Assembly (NCBI GenBank): GCA_002269645.1
Contig: NIVC01004432.1
Location: forward strand, 1 to 46,151
Length of the DNA stretch: 46,151 nt
Origin: Macrostomum lignano
Lineage: Eukaryota
Direction of reading: 5' to 3'
The notes below the pieces were generated by a model, which had not been told where the DNA came from, ran no database searches, and worked only from the letters and a program-made list of their open reading frames with translations. Position 1 is the stretch's first letter. Every line of letters starts with the position of its first letter. The translations under genes were made by a program, and so were the position numbers. Below, piece by piece: positions 1-12,360 of this stretch.

Positions 1-1250
1 AACTTTCCATTCGGTAACTTTCCATTTGGGTAACTTTCCATTCGGGTAACTTTCCATTGGGTAACTTTCCTTTCGGGTAACTTTCCTTCGGTAACTTTCC
101 ATTCGGGGTAACTTTCCATTCGGGTAACTTTCCATTTCGGGTAACTTTCCTTTTGGGTAACTTTCCATTCAGGTAACTTTCCATTCGGGTAACTTTCCAT
201 TTGATAACTTTCCATTCGGAACTTTCCTTTTGGGTAAATTTCCATTCGGGTAACTTTCCATTTGGGTAACTTTCCTTTCGGTAACTTTCTGTTCGGGTAA
301 TTTTCCGTTCGGGTAATTTTCCGTTCGGGTAATTTTCCGTTCGGGTAATTTTCCATTCGGGTAACTTTCCATTTGGTAACTTTCCATTCGGGTAACTTTC
401 CTTTTGGGTAAATTTCCATTCGGGTAACTTTCCATTTGGGTAACTTTCCTTTCGGGTAACTTTCTATTGGCTTATTCGGGTACTTCCATTTGGGTAACTT
501 TCCTTTCGGGTAACTTTCCATTTGGGTAACTTTTCCATTCGGGTAACTTTCCTTTGGTAACTTTCCATTTGGGTAACTTTCCATTTGGGTAACTTTCCTT
601 TCGGGTAACTTTCCATTCGGGTAATTTCCGTTTCGGGTAATTTTCCGTTTCGGGTAATTTTCCGTTCGGGTAACTTTCCATTTGGGTAACTTTCCATTTC
701 GGGTAACTTTCCATTTGGGTAACTTTCCATTTCGGGTAACTTTCTATTCGGGTAACTTTCCATTTGTAACTTTCCTTTCGGGTAACTTTCCATTTGGGTA
801 ACTTTCCTTTCGGGTAACTTTCCATTCGGTAACTTTCCATTTGGGTAACTTTCCATTCGGGTAACTTCCATTCGGGTAATTTTCCGTTCGGTAACTATGG
901 GTAATTTTCCGTTCGGGTAATTTTCCGTTCGGGTAATTTTCCGTTCGGGTAACTTTCCATTTGGGTAACTTTCCATTTGGGTAACTTTCCATTCGGGTAA
1001 CTTTCCATTTGGGTAACTTTCCTTTCGGGTAACTTTCTATTCGGGTAACTTTCCTTTTGGGTAACTTTCCTTTCGGGTAACTTTCCATTCGGTAATTTTC
1101 CGTTCGGGTAACTATGGGTAATTTTCCGTTCGGGTAATTTCCGTTCGGTAATTTTCCGTTCGGGTAACTATGGGTAATTTTCCGTTCGGGTAATTTCCGT
1201 TCGGGTAATTTTCCGTTCGGGTAATTTTCCGTTCGGGTAATTTTCCATTC
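1..1250. repeat. 16-bp tandem array, consensus TTCGGGTAACTTTCCA (~78 copies, truncated by window edge); lies in the intron after cholinesterase exon 3
   Basis: Direct periodicity. The 16-aa periodic ORFs (3 x 16 nt) on the minus strand are a by-product. Confidence 0.97.
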
Positions 1251-1312
1251 AGTCATGCACCCGATTCCCACGAGCTCAATGACCAAAGCAAATTTACAAG
1301 CTCAACACTCAC

Positions 1313-3391
1313 CAAGCAGCACGTCGGTCTTCTTGAAGTTGCCCATCTCGATGACAGTAGTGTGGTCGTACGGCAAGAAGTCGGTGCCAAACACCGGCCG
1401 AAATCGCAGGTCGAAGTACATGTAGGTCTCGTGCCCGCTGCTGTTCCTGTAGATGGCGTAGTTGTTTCGTCGCTGCTCCCTGTCTAACGAGGTCTGCCCG
1501 GCCGCCTCCTGGATGTTCTTCACGCTGACATGTCGAAGGCATTCAACAACGCGCGCCTTGTCTTTGTCGTTGTAGTAGCAGCCCACCGATTCAGCCAGAC
1601 GCTTGGCGCGCAGCTCCCCCATGTAGCGGTTCTCGGCCGCCCACCAGGCCACCGCTGTGGCGCTCTGCATTATTGCCCGGCGGAAATAAGTCTGCGAGTA
1701 CGGCGAGATCATGTGGAAATTCACCGACACGGCGCCGGCTGACTCGCCGAAAAGCGTCACTCGGTCCGGGTCGCCGCCGAATTTTCTGCGGGATTTGTGC
1801 CGTTTGCTTGGCCACATTAATGTATAGAGTTGAGTGAGGTGGGGCAGGGAGTGAGGTGGGGCAGGGAGTGAGGTGGGGCAGGGAGTGAGGTGGGGCAGGG
1901 AGTGAGGTGGGGCAGGGAGTGAGGTGGGGCAGGGAGTGAGGTGGGCAGGGAGTGAGGTGGGGCAGGGAGTGGGGTGGTGACAGGGAGTGAGGTGGGGCAG
2001 GGAGTGAGGTGGGACAGGGAGTGAGGTGGGCAGGGAGTGAGGTGGGGCAGGGAGTGAGGTGGGGCAGGGAGTGAGGTGGGGCAGGGAGTGAGGTGGGGCA
2101 GGGAGTGAGGTGGGGCAGGGAGTGAGGTGGGGCAGGGAGTGAGGTGGGGCAGGGAGTGAGGTGGGGCAGGGAGTGAGGTGGGGCAGGGAGTGAGGTGGGG
2201 CAGGGAGTGAGGTGGGGCAGGGAGTGAGGTAGTGCAGGGCAAGATGGTTAGTGTTGGAACTACTGGCGGAAGTGGTGGCAGGGGTAGCAGTACAACAGAC
2301 CCACCGTATGTTGGCGTTGACCCATTTCATGGCCATCAGCTGATCCGTGAGCCCCATGTTGCCGGGCGCCTCGCTGTCGTGCATCATCATGAAGCCAAGC
2401 GGGCCGGTGCGGTACTGCATGGACACCACCACCACCCCGCCCTTCGCGGCCAGTATGGCTCCGTCGTAGACTTCGAGTGAGGCCGAGCCGGTGCAGAAAG
2501 AGCCGCCGTATATCCAAACCATCACGGCTAGGGGCTGCCCGGAGCTCTCAGCTGGTGTCCACACGTTCAAGTAGAGGCAGTCCTCGGACATCTCCGTGTT
2601 GTTCCACCACATTATTAGGGCCTTGTTCTGGGGGGAATATGATGGGGAATTTCAGTGATGAAACTGGGGGTTCAAACGCTTTAGGAGGATGCAGTGGATC
2701 AAATGATGCAGGAGATGCAGGGGATGCAGTGGATGCTGGAGATGCAGTGGATGCTGGAGATGCAGTGGATGCTGGAGAAGCAGGGGATGCAGGAGATGCA
2801 GGGGATGCAGGAGATGCAGGGGATGCAGGGGATGCAGTGGATGCAGAGGATGCAGGGGATGCAGTGGATGCTGGAGAAGCAGGGGATGCAGGAGTTGCTC
2901 ACCGCCACCTCGTAGCCGCTGGGGTACATGGGGTGATAATAGCAGGTCTTCGGCTTGTTGAAGGCCTTGAACGGCCGCTGCTGGCTGCCCAACGGTGCGT
3001 CCAGCGGCTCGGCGCGGCGAAACCGCAGCGGTCCGACAGGCGGCTTGGCGAACGGCACGCCCATGTAGTGCCAGACTGGGCGGGCAGCGGCTAGCTTCTT
3101 GTAGCCCAGCAGCACTGAGCCGTCGCCAAGGACCGTGCGTCGCGTCTCGGCGCCATTTGGTCCGGCAGCCTCGTCGCCGCCATCACCGCTGCCGATGCCG
3201 CTGCCGCTTCTGGCGTCGCTTCTGAGCACCATCGCTGAGCATTGTTGCGGAAGCAGAAGCAGCAGCAGCAGCGGCGGCAGCAGAAACAGTCCAGACCCAA
3301 GACTTGAGTTCCTCGATGCTCGCCGAAGTATCGACGAATGCGACGATGAAAGAGCTGATGAAGCTGGTGACGTTGCGGAGATGGCGAGCAT
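1313..3391 (-). CDS. Acetylcholinesterase/cholinesterase-like carboxylesterase, 5' part. Exons 3391-2903, 2627-2305, 1785-1313; the rest lies beyond the left edge
   Basis: Hydrophobic signal-like stretch, GVPFAKPPVGPLRF, SEDCLYLNVW, WIYGGSF, GNMGLTDQ, catalytic FGESAG and the two disulfide Cys pairs. GT-AG sites join in phases 0/2/1 and keep the frame. The catalytic Glu/His exons are not in the window. Confidence 0.92.
1831..2230. repeat. 17-bp G-rich minisatellite GTGAGGTGGGGCAGGGA (~23 copies) filling cholinesterase intron 2
   Basis: Direct periodicity between donor 2304 and acceptor 1786. Confidence 0.96.
2687..2892. repeat. 9-bp-based repeat (GGATGCAGG / GGATGCTGG / AGATGCAG variants) filling cholinesterase intron 1
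   Basis: Direct periodicity inside intron 2628-2902. Confidence 0.92.
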
Positions 3392-3444
3392 TTTCTTGTT
3401 GCTGAGCTGCTGTCGATCATCTGCTGGGTCTGCGGGAAAATGCA

Positions 3445-3642
3445 AGGGAGTGGGGTGGTTACAGGACTAGGGCAGGGAGTGGGGTGGCTGCTGGACTGGG
3501 GCAGGGAGTGGGGTGGCTGCTGGACTGGGGCAGGGAGTGGGGTGGCTGCAGGACTGGGGCAGGGAGTGGGGTGGCTGCAGGACTGGGGCAGGGAGTGGGT
3601 GGCTGCAGGACTAGGGCAGGGAGTGGGGTGGCTGCTGGACTA
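3445..3642. repeat. 29-bp G-rich minisatellite GGGGCAGGGAGTGGGGTGGCTGCAGGACT (~7 copies)
   Basis: Period 29 (e.g. 3472 vs 3501). Lies just upstream of a minus-strand splice acceptor at 3430-3431. Confidence 0.93.
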
Positions 3643-4239
3643 ACTAAATGCTGCGAGCTAGTTTACGAGTATAACCTTCTTTTTTGCATTGCCTTATACA
3701 TTGCACCCTAGAGAAGGGAGCAAACTTGACGCCCTCGCTAAAGAATTCGACTGGAACGCTTGGGGATTCCTTGCCGGGCAGCTGCGGCCGCACTAATGGG
3801 ATCCGCAATCCGCTCGGATTGATAGCTGGGCCAGCCAGTAGTAGAAACTAAAGGAAAATATCCTTTAGTCCTGTTTCTCTTTTTTACCAGGCGCGATTCT
3901 CCTGCCTTTGCCAGTGCGGCCTGAGCTTAGTTTGAGCTTAGCGGTAATCCCCCAGTACCCTGCTAAACCGAGCGCTGGCCTGACTGATCGACTGGGACGG
4001 ATGGGGTGTGAAGGATGGAGGGAAGATTTCGCCCCTTTCCCCTGTCGGGAATACGAGCGGATCAGCCTGAGTGATAAGCGCGACATGAAAAAATATTTTA
4101 ATGCTATTTACATTCGTGCTCTTACCCGAGCCCCCTGGGCCACGAAAGGAGTTCTGTGTGTCAATTTGTGCGTTAATTGTGCCCGCTGCTCACTGCTCGG
4201 GCTTGAAAAGGAATGAGTTGGCTTTAACATTCCGCTGAG

Positions 4240-4515
4240 GCACCGGGGAGGGGTAGCACCGGTGAGGGGGAGGCACCGGTGAGGGGGAGGCACCGGTAAG
4301 GGCGTGGCACCGGAGAGGGGATAGCACCGGTAAGGGGTAGCATCGGGTGAGGGGTTTGCACTGGCGAGAGGGTAACACCGGAGAGGGGATAACACCGGTA
4401 AGGGTTAGCATCGTTTGCACTGGCGAGAGGGTAACACCGGAGAGGGGATAGCACCGGTGAGATGGTAACACCGGAGGGGATAGCACCGGTGATGGGGTTA
4501 GATGGAGTCACCGCT
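4240..4515. repeat. Degenerate 17-18-bp minisatellite (GCACCGGTGAGGGGGAG-like)
   Basis: Recurrent CACCGG core at ~17-18-nt spacing. Confidence 0.85.
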
Positions 4516-5159
4516 AGCAGCTCCTGAGCTCCGACTGATGGAGGACAGACCTCAGCGATTCTCAGCAGGAATGATGTCGCCACAGTTTCTCACCGTCAAT
4601 ATCGTGCTGTCCAGTTCCTCATCAGATTCTGGAATTTAGTTGTCAAGTCCGACCTCGCTCAGCTGGCAGTTGTCGGCTCGGAGATATTTTGCTTCTTGTC
4701 TGCTTTTGTTTCTTTGGCGGCAGAAGACACACAGAGAGCGAGCGATATCATAGTGGCTTGGTATTCAGCTTGGGCTTTTTCTAGTGGACGATGCGAAGCC
4801 AGCCAATCAGAGCCCGATGAAAGCTTCCCCTGCTGCCTAGTTTCCAGGTCGGAATTCTCGCGTGTTGAGGGGTGCCAGAATCGCCAGGCAGAATTTATCA
4901 AGAAACAAAGAAACGTGAGAACTGCCGCATCCAGCGGCATTGATTATTAACATAACATTAATCTGTGCCTGGCGCGTGACCGAGCCGCACGATAGCCATG
5001 GTGAAGCTGATCTGCAACTCTCTCTCCTGGATAAGGATGCTCAGTACAGTGTGTGCCTGCAGTGCCGCTTCCCTCCTTCTTCTTGTTTTTTTGTTTCTTC
5101 CTCTTAAAGACGGCCAGATGGCAGAGCAGGCTGTGGAAGGGAGAGTTAGAATAAGAACG

Positions 5160-5790
5160 TGAGCGGGAGGGGAGGGGAGGGACAAGACGGAGAAGGAGGG
5201 AGGGGAGAGACGGAGATGAAGGGTGGGGAGAGACGAAGATGAAAGGAAGTGAGAGACGGAGAAGAAGGGAAGTGAGAGACAGAGATGAAGGGAGGGTAGA
5301 GACGGACATGAAGGGAGGGGAGAGACGGAGATGAAGGGAGGGGAGAGACGGAGATGAAGGGAAGTGAGAGACGGAGATGAAGGGAAGTGAGAGACGGAGA
5401 TGAAGGGAAGTGAGAGACAGAGATGAAGGGAAGTGAGAGACAGAGATGAAGGGAAGTGAGAGACAGAGATGAAGGGAGGGAAGAGACGGAGATGAAGGGA
5501 GGGGAGAGATAGAGATGAAAGAAAGGAAGAGATGGAGATGAAGGGAGGGAAGAGACGGAGATGAAGGGAGGAGAGAGACGTACAAGAAGGGAAGGGAGAG
5601 ACGGAGATGAAGGGAGGGAAGAGACGGAGATGAAGGGAGGGGAGAGATAGAGATGAAAGAAAGGAAGAGATGGAGATGAAGGGAGGGAAGAGACGGAGAT
5701 GAAGGGAGGAGAGAGACGTACAAGAAGGGAAGGGAGAGACGGAGATGAAGGGAGAGACGGAGATGAAGGAAGCAGAGACGAAAATCAAGG
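5160..5790. repeat. 23-bp purine-rich minisatellite GAGACGGAGATGAAGGGAAGTGA
   Basis: Direct periodicity, with an internal block duplication containing GTACAAGAAG at ~5580 and ~5718. Confidence 0.92.
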
Positions 5791-6383
5791 GAAGTCCAGG
5801 CTGCTGAGGTGCTCATGCAGTGCAACGCCCTGAGCGCGATCTCCGCAGCCGCAGTGCAGCATCTGAACGAGGCTAATGAAGTCAGTCTGGCCAAATCCGT
5901 CGTCATCAGTGCGTAAATCGGGCCGCCGGTCGTGGCAGGCAATCCACATTCATTATGCCGGAGCAGAGTCGGCCCCAGCCCCCATGCCTGTTGTGTGCTA
6001 ATGCTGTCCTCGTTTGCAATTGAAAGACAGGCTTGGCTTAGTGAAGTCACTGAGGTGAGAGCGGGATGAGGCTTTGGCCCTGCAGCTTCTGCAGCCTCAT
6101 CCAGCGCGTTGTTCTGTCAATCAATATGGGCTGCAGGTTTCTCACTGTGTTCCTAATTATCACCCCCACAGCCTGCTGGCTCTGAGAAAAATATAACACG
6201 GTAAAATGCTCTTACTGCCACCAGATCCGAAGTGTCTCTGTCTGATGCTAATTAGCTAAAATGATAAATCTTTTTTCAACGTATAAAACTTAACGGTAGG
6301 CTGTGCTGAGTTGCAATGGGGTCTTGCCAGATCTATTACGAGTCTAAAGGAACAGGATATGCAAAAATGCTGTGAAGACATAC

Positions 6384-9300
6384 AGAGAAAGTGGACAAAT
6401 GCATTCATAGAGACATGGAGAAAGTGGACAAATGCATTGATAGAGACACGGAGAAAGTGGACAAATGCATTGATAGAGACACGGAGAAAGTGGACAAATG
6501 CATTAATAGAGACACGGAGAAAGTGGACAAATGCATTGATAGAGACATGGAGAAAGTTAACAAATGCCTTTGTAAAGACACGGAGAAAGTGGACAAATGC
6601 ATTGATAGAGACACGGAGAAAGTGGACAAATGCATTGATAGAGACACGGAGAAAGTGGACAAATGCATTGATAGAGACATGGAGAAAGTGGACAAATGCA
6701 TTGATAGAGACACGGAGAAAGTGGACAAATGCATTGATAGAGACACGGAGAAAGTGGACAAATGCATTGATAGAAACACGGAGAAAGTGGACAAATGCAT
6801 TGATAGAGACACGGAGAAAGTGGACAAATGCATTGATAGAGACATGGAGAAAGTTAACAAATGCCTTTGTAAAGACACAGAGTGGACAAATGCATTGATA
6901 GAGACACGGAGAAAGTGGACAAATGCATTGATAGAGACATGCAGAAAGTGGACAAATGCATTGATAGAGACACGGAGAAAGTGGACAAATGTATTGATAG
7001 AGACATGGAGAAAGTTAACAAATGCCTTTGTAAAGACACAGAGTGGACAAATGCATTGATAGAGACACGGAGAAAGTGGACAAATGCATTGATAGAGACA
7101 TGGAGAAAGTGGACAAATGCATTGATAGAGACATTGAGAAAGTGGACAAATGCATTGATAGAGACATGGAGAAAGTGGACAAATGCATTGATAGAGACAT
7201 GGAGAAAGTGGACAAATGCATTGATAGAGACATTGAGAAAGTGGACAAATGCATTGATAGAGACATGGAGAAAGTGGACAAATGCATTGATAGAGACATG
7301 GAGAAAGTGGACAAATGCATTGATAGAGACACGGAGAAAGTGGACAAATGCATTGATAGAGACATGGAGAAAGTGGACAAATGCATTGATAGAGACACGG
7401 AGAAAGTGGACAAATGCATTGATAGAGACATGGAGAAAGTGGACAAATGCATTGATAGAGACATGGAGAAAGTGGACAAATGCATTGATAGAGACATGGA
7501 GAAAGTGGACAAATGCATTGATAGAGACATGGAGAAAGTTAACAAATGCCTTTGTAAAGACACAGAGTGGACAAATGCATTGATAGAAACACTGAGAAAG
7601 TGGACAAATGCATTGATAGAAACACGGAGAAAGTGGACAAATGCATTGATAGAAACACGGAGAAAGTGGACAAATGCATTGATAGAAACACGGAGAAAGT
7701 GGACAAATGCATTGATAGAAACACGGAGAAAGTGGACAAATGCATTGATAGAGACACGGAGAAAGTGGACAAATGCATTGATAGAGACATGGAGAAAGTG
7801 GACAAATGCATTGAAAGAGACACGGAGAAAGTGGACAAATGCATTGATAGAGACATGGAGAAAGTGGACAAATGCATTGATAGAGACACGGAGAAAGTGG
7901 ACAAATGCATTGATAGAGACATGGAGAAAGTGGACAAATGCATTGATAGAGACATGGAGAAAGTTAACAAATGCCTTTGTAAAGACACAGAGTGGACAAA
8001 TGCATTGATAGAAACACGGAGAAAGTGGACAAATGCATTGATAGAAACACGGAGAAAGTGGACAAATGCATTGATAGAAACACTGAGAAAGTGGACAAAT
8101 GCATTGATAGAGACACGGAGAAAGTGGACAAATGCATTGATAGAGACATGGAGAAAGTGGACAAATGCATTGATAGAGACATGGAGAAAGTTAACAAATG
8201 CCTTTGTAAAGACACAGAGTGGACAAATGCATTGATAGAAACACTGAGAAAGTGGACAAATGCATTGATAGAAACACGGAGAAAGTGGACAAATGCATTG
8301 ATAGAAACACGGAGAAAGTGGACAAATGCATTGATAGAAACACGGAGAAAGTGGACAAATGCATTGATAGAAACACTGAGAAAGTGGACAAATGCATTGA
8401 TAGAGACATGGAGAAAGTGGACAAATGCATTGATAGAGACATGGAGAAAGTTAACAAATGCCTTTGTAAAGACACAGAGTGGACAAATGCATTGATAGAG
8501 ACACGGAGAAAGTGGACAAATGCATTGATAGAGACATGGAGAAAGTGGACAAATGCATTGATAGAGACATGGAGAAAGTGGACAAATGCATTGATAGAGA
8601 CATGGAGAAAGTGGACAAATGCATTGATAGAGACACAGAGTGGACAAATGCATTGATAGAGACACGGAGAAAGTGGACTAATGCATTGATAGAGACATGG
8701 AGAAAGTGGACAAATGCATTGATAGAGACACGGAGAAAGTGGACAAATGCATTGATAGAGACACGGAGAAAGTGGACAAATGCATTGATAGAGACATGGA
8801 GAAAGTTAACAAATGCCTTTGTAAAGACACAGAGTGGACAAATGCATTGATAGAGACACGGAGAAAGTGGACAAATGCATTGATAGAGACATGCAGAAAG
8901 TGGACAAATGCATTGATAGAGACACGGAGAAAGTGGACAAATGTATTGATAGAGACATGGAGAAAGTTAACAAATGCCTTTGTAAAGACACAGAGTGGAC
9001 AAATGCATTGATAGAGACACGGAGAAAGTGGACAAATGCATTGATAGAGACATGGAGAAAGTTAACAAATGCCTTTGTAAAGACACAGAGTGGACAAATG
9101 CATTGATAGAGACACGGAGAAAGTGGACAAATGCATTGATAGAGACACGGAGAAAGTGGACAAATGCATTGATAGAGACATGGAGAAAGTGGACAAATGC
9201 ATTGATAGAGACACGGAGAAAGTTAACAAATGCCTTTGTAAAGACACAGAGTGGACAAATGCATTGATAGAGACACAGAGTGGACAAATGCATTGATAGA

Positions 9301-11190
9301 GACACGGAGAAAGTGGACAAATGCATTGATAGAGACATGGAGAAAGTGGACAAATGCATTGATAGAGACATGGAGAAAGTTAACAAATGCCTTTGTAAAG
9401 ACACAGAGTGGACAAATGCATTGATAGAGACACGGAGAAAGTGGACAAATGCATTGATAGAAACACGGAGAAAGTGGACAAATGCATTGATAGAGACACG
9501 GAGAAAGTGGACAAATGCATTGATAGAGACATGGAGAAAGTTAACAAATGCCTTTGTAAAGACACAGAGTGGACAAATGCATTGATAGAGACATGGAGAA
9601 AGTGGACAAATGCATTGATAGAGACATTGAGAAAGTGGACAAATGCATTGATAGAGACATGGAGAAAGTGGACAAATGCATTGATAGAGACATTGAGAAA
9701 GTGGACAAATGCATTGATAGAGACATGGAGAAAGTGGACAAATGCATTGATAGAGACACGGAGAAAGTGGACAAATGCATTGATAGAGACATGGAGAAAG
9801 TGGACAAATGCATTGATAGAGACATGGAGAAAGTGGACAAATGCATTGATAGAGACACAGAGTGGACAAATGCATTGATAGAGACACGGAGAAAGTGGAC
9901 AAATGCATTGATAGAAACACGGAGAAAGTGGACAAATGCATTGATAGAGACACGGAGAAAGTGGACAAATGCATTGATAGAAACACTGAGAAAGTGGACA
10001 AATGCATTGATAGAGACATGGAGAAAGTGGACAAATGCATTGATAGAGACATGGAGAAAGTTAACAAATGCCTTTGTAAAGACACAGAGTGGACAAATGC
10101 ATTGATAGAGACACAGAGTGGACAAATGCATTGATAGAGACACGGAGAAAGTGGACAAATGCATTGATAGAGACATGGAGAAAGTGGACAAATGCATTGA
10201 TAGAGACATGGAGAAAGTTAACAAATGCCTTTGTAAAGACACAGAGTGGACAAATGCATTGATAGAGACACGGAGAAAGTGGACAAATGCATTGATAGAG
10301 ACACGGAGAAAGTGGACAAATGCATTGATAGAGACACAGAGAAAGTGGACAAATGCATTAATAGAGACATGGAGAAAGTGGACAAATGCATTGATAGAGA
10401 CACAGAGAAAGTGGACAAATGCATTGATAGAGACACGGAGAAAGTGGACAAATGCATTGATAGAGACACAGAGAAAGTGGACAAATGCATTGATAGAGAC
10501 ACGGAGAAAGTGGACAAATGCATTGATAGAGACACAGAGAAAGTGGACAAATGCATTGATAGAGACACGGAGAAAGTGGACAAATGCATTGATAGAGACA
10601 CAGAGAAAGTGGACAAATGCATTGATAGAGACACGGAGAAAGTGGACAAATGCATTGATAGAGACATGGAGAAAGTGGACAAATGCATTGATAGAGACAC
10701 AGAGAAAGTGGACAAATGCATTGATAGAGACACAGAGAAAGTGGACAAATGCATTGATAGAGACATGGAGAAAGTGGACAAATGCATTGATAGAGACACA
10801 GAGAAAGTGGACAAATGCATTGATAGAGACACAGAGAAAGTGGACAAATGCATTGATAGAGACATGGAGAAAGTGGACAAATGCATTGATAGAGACATGG
10901 AGAAAGTGGACAAATGCATTGATAGAGACACAAAGAGAGTGGACAAATGATTGATAGAGACACAGAGAAAGTGGACAAATGCATTGATAGAGACACAGAG
11001 AAAGTGGACAAATGCATTGATAGAGACACGGAGAAAGTGGAGAAATGCATTGATAGAGACACGGAGAAAGTTAACAAATGCCTTTGTAAAGACACAGAGT
11101 GGACAAATGCATTGATAGAGACATTGAGAAAGTGGAAAAATACCTTAATAGAGACACATAGAGAGCGGACAAATGCATTGATAGATACAA
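6384..11190. repeat. 33-bp tandem array GAGAAAGTGGACAAATGCATTGATAGAGACACG (~145 copies) with recurrent variant units
   Basis: Direct periodicity, producing 11-aa periodic ORFs in five frames. Confidence 0.98.
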
Positions 11191-11909
11191 AAAATGGACG
11201 ATAGGGAGAAAAGCAACGCTGAAAAGCAACATCAAGTCGTACAACTGACAGTGAAATTTTCAAAGCACGCAAGCAGACCCCGATCTGCTGCTGCATGCAG
11301 CAGGCTGAGTCATTGTGCAGTCATAAGAAATCCGAAGCCAATAAAAACTCCAAGTGGGTGTCCTCATCCGTGGCGGGGGTCACCAAGGCAGCCAGCTAGG
11401 CAAGGATCTACCGGATCTGCGCAACATCCGGCAAATTCATGGGGCATCTGGGAGAGAAATATTTTGAAATCGCGTGACTTGCGGCTGTCACAGCCTCCGC
11501 CTCCAGCGTGCGCTGCATCACCCAGCCAGCAATCTGCTTCCGCTCAAGTGCTGTATTTCCTGCTCTGTGCCAAAGCAGTAATTTTATCATTGTTTTTTGC
11601 GTTGCATAGCCGGGGCGACGACTTCCAGATGCGGTCTCTGGGGCGGAAACTCGATCTTCAATCCGGGATGCGCGCGTCCAAAACCTCCTTGTCTACTACG
11701 GAAGCGGCCTTGAGGGCTTGACAGCAAGCATGAAAATTGACATTGCGTGAAAGGCCGGCTCTCACCGCAAATGTCCATCTGCTTTGGGATTAAAAGTTAA
11801 TAAATAATCCCTGTTGAAGCTCCCTCTGCATGACTTTGCCTTCCTTATCGCTACAAGGTAAAAAGTTTATTTCCAATAAAAGCAGCAGTCTCCAGAATAG
11901 CAAGGGACC

Positions 11910-12360
11910 TTTCTGAGCATGCAGCGCCCTCCCTGAGCTTGCATCACTCTCTCTGAGCATTTAGAACCCTCTCTGAGCATGCAGCACCCTCTCTAAGCAT
12001 GTAGCACCCTCTCTGAGCATGCAGCGCCCTCTCTGAGCATCCAGCACCCTCTCTGAGCATCCAGCACCCTCTCTGAGCATGCAGCACCCTCTCTGAGCAT
12101 GCAGCGCCCTCCCTGAGCTTGCATCACTCTCTCTGAGCATTTAGAACCCTCTCTGAGCATGCAGCACCCTCTCTGAGCATGCAGCACCCTCTCTAAGCCT
12201 GTAGCACCCTCTCTGAGCATGCAGCACCCTCTCTAAGCATGTAGCACCCTCTCTGAGCATGCAGCACTCTCTCTGAGCATCCAGCACCCTCTCTGAGTAT
12301 GCAGCACCCTCTCTGAGCATCCAGCGCCCTCTCTGAGCATGCAGCACCCTCTTTGAGTGG
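11910..12360. repeat. 20-bp minisatellite GCAGCACCCTCTCTGAGCAT (~22 copies)
   Basis: Direct periodicity. An identical variant block recurs at 11921 and 12101 (180-bp offset). Confidence 0.95.

Noticed and set aside
169-1286. ORFs such as MESYPNGKLP...
   Set aside because: They are translations of the 16-bp array in rotating frames and lie inside an intron.
4575-4630. Hammerhead-like CTGATGA...GAAA on the minus strand
   Set aside because: There is no C before GAAA and no stem II pairing.
4947-6050. 367-aa and 276-aa minus-strand ORFs
   Set aside because: Their length comes from the stop-free 23-bp repeat, and the unique ends match no family I recognise.
6384-11190. CRISPR-like appearance of the 33-bp array
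   Set aside because: The units are contiguous with no unique spacers, there are no cas genes, and the context is eukaryotic.
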